DNA from: Bugula neritina
Taxonomy: Eukaryota; Animalia; Bryozoa
Reading direction: 5' to 3'
Assembly (NCBI GenBank): GCA_964035545.1
Contig: OZ037765.1
Span: 3,916,698-3,980,697, forward strand
DNA length: 64,000 nt
Below, piece after piece: positions 27,001 to 36,100 of the stretch; position 1 is the first letter of the stretch, and each line of letters starts with the position of its first letter. The notes beneath the pieces were generated by a model, which searched no databases, was not told the origin of the DNA, and saw only the letters and a program-made list of their open reading frames with translations. Made by a program: the position numbers and the translations under genes.

Positions 27001-30000
27001 TGCGAGTTGGAGACGCTGGCTCATCACGGAGCACCGTTTGACTGGGATCAAGGTCAACTCAGGCAAAGAGTTGATGAGTCCCCGGAGGATGTACAAAACC
27101 TCCGCGCCAACCCTGTACTGGCCGGTAATGTTCGAGAGCTGAAGAAGCTCCAAGAAGAGCTGCCTGGAGTCGTGGCAGACATATACCGGGCCAAAAGGGA
27201 AGGGCGACGACCCAGCGAGGAACGCATACGACAGGGATGCGCCGAGTTCCGGCTATACTGTCAGCGTTGGGACTCGCTGCGGATCGGGCAAGATGGGTTG
27301 CTAACCATCTCTCTAGCTGCCAGCGGCAGACACCCGGAAAGGAAGAGGGTAGTCTGCCCCACAGCCATCCGCCGTAAGTTGATTTGGGATACTCACAAGC
27401 AGGCCCACGCAGGGGTCAAGCGAGTGATATCCAAATTACGACTCCGGTGGTATTGGCCGCAGATGGAGCGTGACGTCCGGCTCAGAGTCAAACAGTGTGA
27501 GATCTGCCAGGCCAGTAAGCATAGCCGCCCCCCTGGTGAAGCAGGACGGCGGAGGCTATATGCTGGTAGGCCCTGGCAAGTAGTCGCTGTAGACCTGGTC
27601 GGACCCATGCCCCTGACCCCCAGAGGCAATAATTGGATACTAGTACTAACCGACCACTTTACTAGGTGGGCGGATGCTCTGGCTATCCCAGATGCATCAG
27701 CCCCAACAGTGGCCAGGGCACTAGACCAACATGTATTCTGTTATTTTGGACTTCCCGAACAGATACACTCTGATCAAGGCGCTCAATTCCAGTCTCAACT
27801 GATGAGCGACCTTTGCCACCTCTGGGGAGTAAATCAGAGCAGGACCACCCCCTACCACCCTCAAGGTAACGGGGTGGTGGAGCGCAACAACCGGATGCTA
27901 GGTGATGCGCTCCGGAGTCTCCTCCTTGGACGAGGTCAAGAGGAATGGGATACGGTGTTGCCGCAAGTCATGCGTGCATACCGTAGCACCCCACACACCA
28001 GTACTGGTGAGACCCCAAACCTCTTGATGCTCGGGAGAGAGACTCGTGTCCCTGACCATCTCACCTATCACGTTCCAGAGCAAGACAACTTGGTTCACGA
28101 GTATGCCAGTGAACTAGTGGAACGGATGAAGGCCGCACACGATATACTGCGTCAACAGCAGTGGAAGGTGCGGCACGAAGATTCCGATGAACCCCCTCTC
28201 TATCAAAGGGGAGATAAGGTGTGGATGGTCAATTACCGTAGGCGCCGCGGACAGGCTGATAAGCTGAAGCCTAAGTTCGTAGGCCCCTACGTGGTCGTCG
28301 AGGCTATGCCCAATCATACGTACAAGATCGAGCGCTCAGGACAGGTATCCATTCAGAATGAGTCTCGCTTGAAACCGTATTGGGCTAGCCCCGGCGGAGT
28401 GGGAGAAGCCCCCCCCGTTGTTAGAGCCCAGAAGGCAGACAACAACGCGCGGGCGACGGCGGCATGGACCTGAATACGAAGTGGTCATACCGCGGGAAGA
28501 AAACTTGGTGAGAGAAGAGCGGCAGCTTCTACCAACAGAAGCGTATCCGCCACCGCCAAGTCTAATTCCATCACTTCCAGAAACCGAGCCGGTTCCGGAA
28601 GTGCAAACCCCCGCGGAGGGAGGGGCTCCATCCGGAGAACAAGAAGAGGTGACTGCTGACGGTGAAGTAGAGACGCCATTAGAGGCCCCTACTAACGAAC
28701 CGGCAAGCGTGTCACCCCCCCTAGAAAGGGGACAGCGTACGAGGCAACCCCCCGCATACTTGAAGGACTTCGTATGTGACTGCGTTAAAAGCGGCACACA
28801 TGAAAGTCTAGGGGAAAACCGTACGAGAAAAGAATCGAGCAAATGTGGGAGTTGTCAACACCACGGAAATATCAACTTTTGTATCGGCGGAAATAGAAAC
28901 AAAATTCATCCGCCGGGTGCACAAAGTCTTAATCACGCACCCCAACCACGTTGCTCGATCTTTTCATACGCTGATGCAGTCAAGAGTAGACGTGTTTCTA
29001 AGCAGTAGTTCAAACCATTTCACATATTCAGTATGTCTTACGACAACAGATCGTGGGGTGAGTTAACTATATCTTAATACGAAACTAGATTGCATCGCTC
29101 AGCTCTGACTCACTGAGTCAATCGAGCTGGAGATAGGTTAGTGAAATACCGTAGTAAGAACTCAGTTTGACTTAGAGATTTTTATAATCTCATTGCAATA
29201 CGGTTCTATCTGACTATTCACTATAATTAATCTCTACGAGGTAACTGAATTAGGAGTTGCCAAGCTGTTCAAGCTGACAACACAGCAGTGTACTGTACTA
29301 ACACTGTTGAAACTTTTTCAGATTACACTCGACCCGCTACAACCAGGGTACGGGATAGAACACTTCCCGCTCCGTATCCGGAGGACTATGCTAGTGGTGA
29401 CCGGCCTGAGCCACTACGCCGCCGTTGGCGGTGGGTGTCTCCACAAACCGAAGAAGAAATAGAAACAGCCTGGGGGTCCAGAGGACGGACGAGATGCCAG
29501 ATATGTGGTGAAGATTGCGCCTCCCACCGCTCCCTTAAACTACACGTCAATGCTCATCTCCTACTGACCTTCTGCCCCTGCGGGTACAATGATGTGTATC
29601 CCTACCCCGTCACCAGACACAGAGCGGCGGGCTGTTTCCCTGGAGAAAACTACGTGGTCGACGCTAAGCTATACCCGGAGTTCCTCACACTTATACGACC
29701 TCTGGTGAAGAAGGCTATGCTATTAGCCGTTCTGTCCTCGGGGTTCCAACGTGTGTTAGACAACGCCCGCCAACAATCCCCGTTGGTGTCTGACCGTCCT
29801 CAAATTACATACACCCCCGAGGAAATTACATATCCAGAAGAAGGAGAGATCTCCCCTACACCGGCGAAGAGACGAACCAGGTCCCCCAGTCCACCCTTGC
29901 GCCGCAGACGGACACCGTCCCCAGACCCAGTAAGCCTGGCTACAGTAGAAGAACGTCTCCTACGATTACAAGAGGAGTTCACCCAGCTGGCACCAGATCT

Positions 30001-31299
30001 ACTTAACACTACAACAGGACTCTTCCAGCTAAAGGGATCCGTATGCCGTATGAAACGGAAACTGCGTACATGCCAAGCCAAGCACCGGCGTGCCCAACAA
30101 GGACTCTAGTTAGACTACCCAGAATACTCCAACTCCGCCTCTTGGGAGAGGCCCAGATGTCATGTAAATGTTTGACTGCTTAACAGGTTATCCCCTGTCT
30201 AACACCACAGCTAGCTAGTATTCCTCGTCTATCTACAGCTGGCCAATTGTATGCAACGGATCTTTATAATGACTCTGTCTATTATTATGTCTCTTCCTGT
30301 ATATTATGTATTATTTTGTCCACTGATGTATGCAATTACTATTGAATGTTTTTTTTATATATATATCAGAAAGATGGCTTTCTGCTGGTGGGGGCGGTGT
30401 GGTGGTTCGTGGAACTACCAGCAGCACAACATGTAGGGTCGCGTAATTGACCCGGAACAATGGATAGCCAATTAGCGTAGTTGATAGTTAGCAGCAATTG
30501 TAGTTTCCCGCTGCTAACTCAGTCGAAGCTAGAGTGTGAGATAGATTAGATGTGTAACTTGTTAGAAATAATGTATCGTGTTTTTGTAATGTATAGTTGT
30601 GTGTAAAATATACTCGTTCACTCGACTTAGCCTGGTGCAGTTCTATACTAGATAAATAGACTCTCTGGATAGCATATCAACCCTAAATCTGAAAATTATA
30701 ACAATATTCATTGAACAACGATTCAAACTTCCTCTTACAAACTCAAATTTGTTAGGAAGTTATACTTATACATTTTATGGTTTATGCTAATATTTATATC
30801 AAGCCATCATAATCATCACCGTTTTATTTTTTCTGCATCCGATTCAATGTAAAGTAACTATAAGTATAAGTGATACTCAAACTGATAGTGACACCGATAG
30901 TCACACCCATAGCGATAATGATACTAGCTGATGATAATACTGATAATTGATAAATTAGCACTAGCATCAGCTAAAATTAAAGTTAAAATTGCTTCAAATT
31001 TGATTAACAACTTAGTCGACAAATAATCGTTTAACTTTAGTTTATAATTACAGCTACTGACACTATTTACTGCATTTGGTAATTCTGGCTGAGTTAAAGA
31101 ACGTGCTTACATGATTTTTACTTTTACACTCATAATTAAAATTACAGTATAGTTAATACTTATTCGTAATTCAAATTGTATCATCACCGTGACTCTTAGT
31201 CTTTAAAACAAACTCAAACTCAAAGTATAAACTCGAAGAACTTGGAAAATAAATGTTCGAACTAATAATATATGAAGGGATTACCTTGTCCGCAGGCAT
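6004..31299 (-). CDS. DYNC2I1: Dynein-2 intermediate chain 1 (WDR60). 22 coding exons: 31285-31299, 22612-22662, 22307-22373, 20910-21994, 20731-20777, 20276-20333, 19862-19936, 19089-19109, 18492-18584, 17972-18073, 13553-13696, 12630-12836, 11888-12079, 11051-11124, 9874-10145, 8827-8891, 8316-8434, 7964-8177, 7641-7686, 6906-7089, 6442-6496, 6004-6114
   Basis: Starts MPADK|RSKEQTWKEDELK (compare WDR60 MEPGK|RRTKDDTWKADDL). Has an R/D/E/H-rich N-terminal region, DYDDDFEDD, FINFVAAKQR, FDLPPVREYDLYMSSFG, QTNDDNLDRDVQTE, and WD40 exons (GMQDGSLVAWDLRE, VHMWDLL). All introns read are GT-AG with compatible phases. Confidence 0.9.
6145..6270. repeat. 46-bp tandem repeat, about 2.7 copies, in the last WDR60 intron
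   Basis: ACTTGTAC(A/C)CACCACCTATAGTGGC... recurs at about 6146, 6192 and 6238. Confidence 0.8.
12347..12561 (-). mobile_element. tRNA-derived SINE copy
   Basis: Minus strand reads GGAGCAGCCATTGTCCAGGAGTTAGAGCG...GGGTTCAAACCCC (A-box and B-box like), then GTTAGGAAGCGCATCCAGTC. Homologous to 13308-13522. Confidence 0.75.
13308..13522 (-). mobile_element. tRNA-derived SINE copy with a 14-bp target-site duplication
   Basis: Same family as 12347-12561 (TGGTCTAGGGG A box, GGGTTCAAGCC B box). Flanked by the direct repeat TTATCTCAAGTCAT at 13294-13307 and 13523-13536. Confidence 0.85.
16410..16935. repeat. Low-complexity minisatellites (CATGCTATACACTA-like at 16410-16610; TACATAGTGCAG-like at 16790-16935) in a WDR60 intron
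   Basis: Degenerate short-period tandem units are visible directly. Confidence 0.65.
19240..19380 (-). mobile_element. Degenerate SINE fragment, same family
   Basis: GAATGCTATTCCTGCCATCACC...GCTCTAACCACTAGAC resembles the SINE copies at 12347 and 13308. Confidence 0.4.
20910..21994 (-). repeat. Coding repeat in WDR60 exon 4 (about 10-aa units such as HREDGDRERK / HRDDKDREKR)
   Basis: 30-nt periodicity around 21380-21740; charged low-complexity translation. Confidence 0.8.
23200..23505 (+). repeat. 5' LTR, copy 1
   Basis: TGTGGTGG...TATAACA; no difference found from 30398-30703 by eye. Confidence 0.95.
23507..23524 (+). promoter_or_regulatory. Primer-binding site, tRNA-Leu
   Basis: TGGTGGCAGCGGTGGGAT, one base after the LTR, is complementary to the 3' end ATCCCACCGCTGCCA-CCA of animal tRNA-Leu(AAG/TAG). 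Confidence 0.85.
23537..24496 (+). CDS. gag: Gag (capsid plus CCHC zinc knuckle), copy 1
   Basis: 319-aa ORF starting just after the PBS; CWECGNQGHFRRYC fits CX2CX4HX4C. Confidence 0.92.
   Translation: METENAGTQPPEIEGERRDNAVETMPVNHVVEERRVPRELAEDRYRLKAPTFTGEEEVEQFIQEFSDVMDVAQWPPRVALLKLRMALMDKAKPYGLGVDIDNIFASLRARFGLSATDAKARLQRLRRDPRTPLREHAAAVMKLAQIAYSDLPPVNRERYTLDAFIASVDDLGLHHQFLARGVTTVEDALTEGEAYLLANQMHKSRGSSRQVEIDRADTAAGQGEETPAAAAVSQLATASKVTQLTDMLAKLIATLTPQNPVSTAPEPMRPSAPPQGETVSFCWECGNQGHFRRYCLFLNQGLNYRGPQMFPPSAGRRNL
24439..24500 (+). promoter_or_regulatory. Putative -1 programmed ribosomal frameshift signal (gag-pol), copy 1
   Basis: G_TTA_AAC in the gag frame (24439-24445), a 5-nt spacer, then stem CGGCCCGC (24451-24458) / GCGGGCCG (24476-24483). 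The pol ORF is in the -1 frame. Confidence 0.75.
24445..29008 (+). CDS. pol: Pol (protease, dUTPase-like segment, RT, RNase H, integrase, C-terminal tail), copy 1; +1 C frameshift at 28409-28416 after the integrase
   Basis: Protease FLIDSG, RT YLDD, RNase H DTDAS/ERNY/KELLAV, integrase HHCC plus DDE core, GPY motif. The C8 run (C7 in copy 2) splits off ORF 28418-29008. Confidence 0.92.
29033..30109 (+). CDS. Retrotransposon ORF3, predicted spliced (exons 29033-29057 and 29322-30109, about 270 aa): double zinc finger, Arg/Ser-Pro basic tract, coiled coil
   Basis: GG|GTGAGT donor, TACTAAC branch point (29296-29302) and TTTTTCAG acceptor give a phase-1 in-frame join MSYDNRSW-D-YTRP. Motifs: CQIC-x12-H-x3-H, CPC-x12-H-x4-C, KRRTRSPSPPLRRRRTPSP. 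Present in both copies. The exact N-terminus is inferred. Confidence 0.75.
30387..30397 (+). promoter_or_regulatory. Polypurine tract, copy 1
   Basis: GGTGGGGGCGG directly abuts the 3' LTR. Confidence 0.7.
30398..30703 (+). repeat. 3' LTR, copy 1
   Basis: 306-bp direct repeat of 23200-23505, followed by TSD ATAT. Confidence 0.95.
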
Positions 31300-31444
31300 T
31301 TTAACCAAATTGATTATTGTAACATCTCAAAACATAAAGCTACCAATTTTAAAGTTATACCAATTACATTCAATGATCGAGATAATTAATACAATTGTCC
31401 TTTATCAGCATCTAGTAAAAGTTAGCTGTTGTTTTCATATTGCT

Positions 31445-31491
31445 TAGGAATTTCGTTCACGCACGCGTGTGAAAGCTACAGCGAGCCAAAT
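31445..31491. promoter_or_regulatory. Conserved CpG-containing motif in the divergent WDR60/RPTP promoter region
   Basis: TAGGAATTTCGTTCACGCACGCGTGTGAAAGCTACAGCGAGCCAAAT has a homolog at 61333-61379, upstream of the RPTP paralog. Confidence 0.5.
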
Positions 31492-32024
31492 CGTTTACGC
31501 TTTTAGAAAAATACATCTGCTCAGTTTTGAAAGTTTATCGAGCGACTAGCATTGCGTTTCGTAAGCTTTTACAAGATCAAAGTGTAACTAATGCGACTAA
31601 CAGTTATAAGAATCTTTGGCTATGTATTCTGGGCAATCCCAGAGTGAGAGTGATAGTAGAACTGGATGGCACTGATATTGTTAGCTGGTTTCCAAATAGG
31701 TGGCTAGTTTGTAAAGCTACACATAACAGAGCTATATTATTTTTAAATTTGCTAACTAAGTTTTATCATTGAATAATAGTACTGCAAATTCTAACTACAC
31801 TAACCTGTAAGTGTAACAGTTATGCGTCGTGCATTCTCAAAGTGAAAGTCAAAGTGAAAGTGAAACCCAGATTGTTATTGTCAAACTGAAACTAAAAGTC
31901 AGTCTCACAGTCACTGACAATCTGAGTCTAAGTGGTACCCTCTTCCTTTGGCTTCTAAGTCAGATTACCAGAGTGAATAATCACTTTTGATTTTTTTTAA
32001 GTCTGACTCTAAGTCTAAGCAGTC

Positions 32025-32058
<34 letters not shown>

Positions 32059-32087
32059 TATAGTACTAGTAGTAGCAGTATCACTAC

Positions 32088-32125
<38 letters not shown>

Positions 32126-32138
32126 CTAGTACTAGTAC
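32025..32138. repeat. (TAG)n microsatellite
   Basis: Interrupted TAG/AGT run. Confidence 0.9.
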
Positions 32139-33164
32139 AGAGTGAGAGTTATAAGATTTGCCTATAGTTATATTACTATAACTATAATTATGATGATTAT
32201 TAAATTAATGCTATTAATTGTTTAATTTAATATTAGGTGAGGATCTATTTAATTGTTATGCATAAACTTGAAACAGTAAAATTAGAATATTCATCATCAT
32301 TGCATGATTACGTATTCAATAACATTCTTATCTGCTCACATTGTACAGTTTTTACTGCCTTATATTTGTTTGCCTGACTGCCAAGTGCAATATCATGTTT
32401 GACTTAGTTGACAGTCAGAATAAAAGTCCCCCCATGCAGTCTTTACTTTTACCATTTCCATAGCCAATATCCAAGCCGTACAAGCTGGTAGGAAATCCGA
32501 ATGCTTGTAGGGCAGTTAGTCAATCACCTCAGGTTAGCTTGTAGCTCATCTGATAAATACTATAAACCACATTATATTCCACCTAACAGTTTCACTCAGA
32601 TAAAACCAACAGAGATCCTATTTATTATGTTTAAATTGTTCACATGAGCTACTGTTGCATATTTTGCACAAGCTATACAATTTCAATTCTTCTGTTGTAC
32701 TTCTTGAATCTGAAAATTTCTATAAGGTACTATCCCTCAATAAGTTAGCCCCTAAGCATGTTTTTACTAACATATTGGCATTTTAGTTTTGTAGGTTTAC
32801 TGCACTCAGTTGAACACACTTGTAGTTTCTAGTTGTTGTGGTAGACTAGATGTTTTTCAGAACACTGTAAAGTTTTAGAAGTAGCTATTATAATTAAAAC
32901 TTCTGGTAGTATTTTTGCTTAAATTGTGAATAGTTTTCAACTTGTTACAGTATAAAATTTATTGGCTGCATTATTTTTTACCCTAGTTTCTAGCAATAGC
33001 TTTGTATTTAAAATGAATAATAAGGAAGCTTGTGTGAGACAATTTTTTATGTTAGGTTTTCAATATTGTGAGAAACTTCACTGTTTTGATACAGTCTTGA
33101 AACTTTTTATCTTATATATTTTCAGGTTGGGTCATAAACTGAAATACTGCAATATTTTGATGAA

Positions 33165-36100
33165 ATGATGCTACTGAAGTTGCAAGTAGCTGTGTTTGTG
33201 TTAGCAACTGTTGATGGTGAGTAATTTATTTCAGCTGCTGTTCAATGATACATGTTTGTAGGTTAACATTACTAATAGCCTTTACTGGGATTAGAACCGC
33301 TGACCTCCTGTTAACCCCCAGACCAAGGCTGCTCTCTATATCTAATGTAAAAATTGTTACTAATATGAATACTTGAATTTCATTTAAACAGCTTTAAATG
33401 GTGGCATTTTTAATTGTAACTTCTGGCTCTTTTATCGTGAATTTGGTAGAAGCTACTTGTTATAGACATTACTGCTAGCTCACTGTAATACGTGAGTGTC
33501 TCAAACTTCCTCTTACTATTCATTATACTATTGTTTGTTTAGTAAATGGAACACTTGATGTACTCTTTGTATAATGTATTTTAGCATACAGTCAATTGTT
33601 TCATTTGCTAGCTGCAGTATTGTGAGCTGCTCCCTTCATATTGTGTAGTAAATGAAACTACATTTGATAATTTATTCACTGGAACTATTTTAGCAAACTT
33701 TTCTTTTTACTTCCCTCTTGAAGTTTATTCAAGAAATCAGTTCTTTCTTATGAATAATACAGAATTTTAATATTTTTGAAGTTGCTAAATGTCTCAATTG
33801 TAGCACGAATATCTTTTCTAAGAATAGAGCTTAGTGAGAAATCTGTGTTTTGTCCATTGAATGTATTCTTACTATAAACAAGCAATCTTTTCATTTGCTC
33901 TCTGCAGCATTAAGGACTGCTTCTCTCTTTAAATCTATTAAAAAACCTAAATGTTAGAAGCTTTCTATTTAAATTTATTAAAGTAAGAACATTGTCATTT
34001 TGATGGCCATGTTTCCTGAGAGTAGTAGAAATTAGAGAGAAATCTTGATAGCTGAATTTAGAGATTGACTCCTCAACTTAAGAAAATCCTTTAGTATTTT
34101 GAGTTTCTTAGCTTCTTTGTTGTAAATCCAGGGTAATAATTTATTACCATCAGTAAACTAAGATCTCCCACACTCTTGTTTTTTGTTTGTCTGGAGAATT
34201 CTTATGGAGAATTATTGTTCATCTATAATTTTACTGTTTTATTTTGTTGGTTTTTCAGATAAGTGGATGTTTTTTGTCCTTATTGCTATCTTTTTTTTCA
34301 TTACTTGTACGTAAGCAGTTAAGCATTTGTAAATGTTTGTCAGAAGATATAATATAGCTAACTATGTAATAGTAGTGCTATGCTACTTGCTTTGTTTTTG
34401 TTTTATTAAAATCTGCCTTTGCATACTTTTTCAGCTTTAACCTGTGACTGGACATCAGGTATGGGTAGACTAGATCCTTACATAACATCTGGTAGTATAA
34501 AGTCTCTCTATGTATCCAGTAAAGATGAGTGTAGAGCTCAGTGTATGCAGCAGACATCATTTATATGTGCCTCAATAAACTATAGAACTAGTGATGGAAA
34601 CTGTGAACTGTTAGCAGAGAATACTCAGACTGCTATTAGTAGTTCTGATAGTCAGTGGAGCTACTCTGTTAGACCAGACTGTGCAGGTGAGTATAGAGTG
34701 ATATTGAAGTTTGGATGAAAGTGTAAAGTAGTTATACTAGACTATTATTCTAAAGTCTAATCCAGAAACTCCCAATCTCCAGTGATTTGGGTACTAGGAA
34801 AAAGTTGAGGGAAATACTCTGTTCATTCACAATAATTATTATTCATATTTTTTCAATAACTTGTATACAATTTGCTGTACCATGCACAATAATGCCCTAA
34901 TGTAAGGCATTGACATAGGAGGTGCCCAGGTGGTACTTGAAATTTTAGTGTCATTGAATAAGGTACACGGGCTAAATAGTTTTAGAACCAGTGCTTGAGA
35001 GTTTAGATGGTAGAAAATGAATTGTGGATTTAATCATTTTTTTCCTAGTATATAATTTCTATGATTCCCTCACATTTTTCACAAGCCTAGGTTTTCTGTA
35101 TTCTTGCCAAGTCATGTAGGTCTCTTTTCCTACTGCATGTATGTCAGTTTTTTAATTTAACTTGATGACTGAAATTAGAAATAAAATTATAAAACAAACT
35201 TTCATTTCATACAATATAATATCAGTCAGTAAGGTTAAAAAATGTGAGCGTAATTGAATATATTTTTGTAGATTAGTCTTGCAAATTTTAAGCAGACTCT
35301 GTCTAACTTTTAAGAGAGGCAACCATAAAATTAGTAGCAAGTTTCTGTTTTAGTTTTAATGCTGAAAAGTAACTATCAATCATTTTATAGTACATGTAGT
35401 TGTAATGTTGAAGAGGAATTTATTTTTTCTTTGTCTTTGCTTCTGCTTTTTCCAAGTAGTAAAGTGTAATATTTGCAGTTTTCTCTTAATATGTACCACA
35501 CCACATTTCTCTTGAAATTAAAATATTACAACTTTATTTCTAGGGATTAGCTCTAAGAGTGTGACAAGAGAAAACCTGTTCTTTTATTTTTTTATTAAAG
35601 CCACACCTACTTTGAAGCGTAAAATCCTTATTCAACTCTTTTTCAAACTTCTGCCTTTAGGTCTAACTTATTATATGATTCCTTATTAATGTTGTTTCAC
35701 TTAGAATAGTCATTAAATATAAGAGTTTGATCTGATAGTTGATAGTTGCTGCGATTGTGATATATTATTTTTATTAATCATTCATTTGTCACTTTATAAG
35801 CTTGAATATTGTATTTTACAGGAATATGGCAGCCATGGACAGCTACTAGAGGTTACTATCTAAGCTATGGAATACAAAAGTACAGCCATATAAGTACATC
35901 AGACCTCAGAGACTGTATGAGTTTCTGTTTACAAGATGAAGACGTCAGTTATAACTGTAGTTCTATAGTGAAGGCAGTGAGTGGAGATCTATGTGAGATT
36001 GTCAACAAGAGATCAGATGATACTGGAGTGTCATCAGATCAGCATCCAGGCTACCAGTACTTTAACCTCCCTCTCTGGTATTCAGGTATGAGTAAAACTT

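Larger units (their letters stand above)
23200..30703 (+). mobile_element. Full-length Ty3/Gypsy LTR retrotransposon, copy 1 (7504 bp), in WDR60 intron 1, antisense to the host gene
   Basis: Two 306-bp TG...CA LTRs, 4-bp TSD ATAT (23196-23199 and 30704-30707), PBS, gag, PR-RT-RH-IN domain order, PPT. Confidence 0.97.

Noticed and set aside
23675-28842. Antisense ORFs within gag/pol conserved between copies
   Set aside because: Such conservation is expected at about 99% identity in GC-rich coding DNA, and the ORFs have no recognisable motifs.
29288-30109. ORF3 as an env gene, or starting at GTG 29288
   Set aside because: There is no signal peptide or transmembrane anchor. The first 11 codons are the branch point and pyrimidine tract, and that frame is broken by an indel in copy 2.
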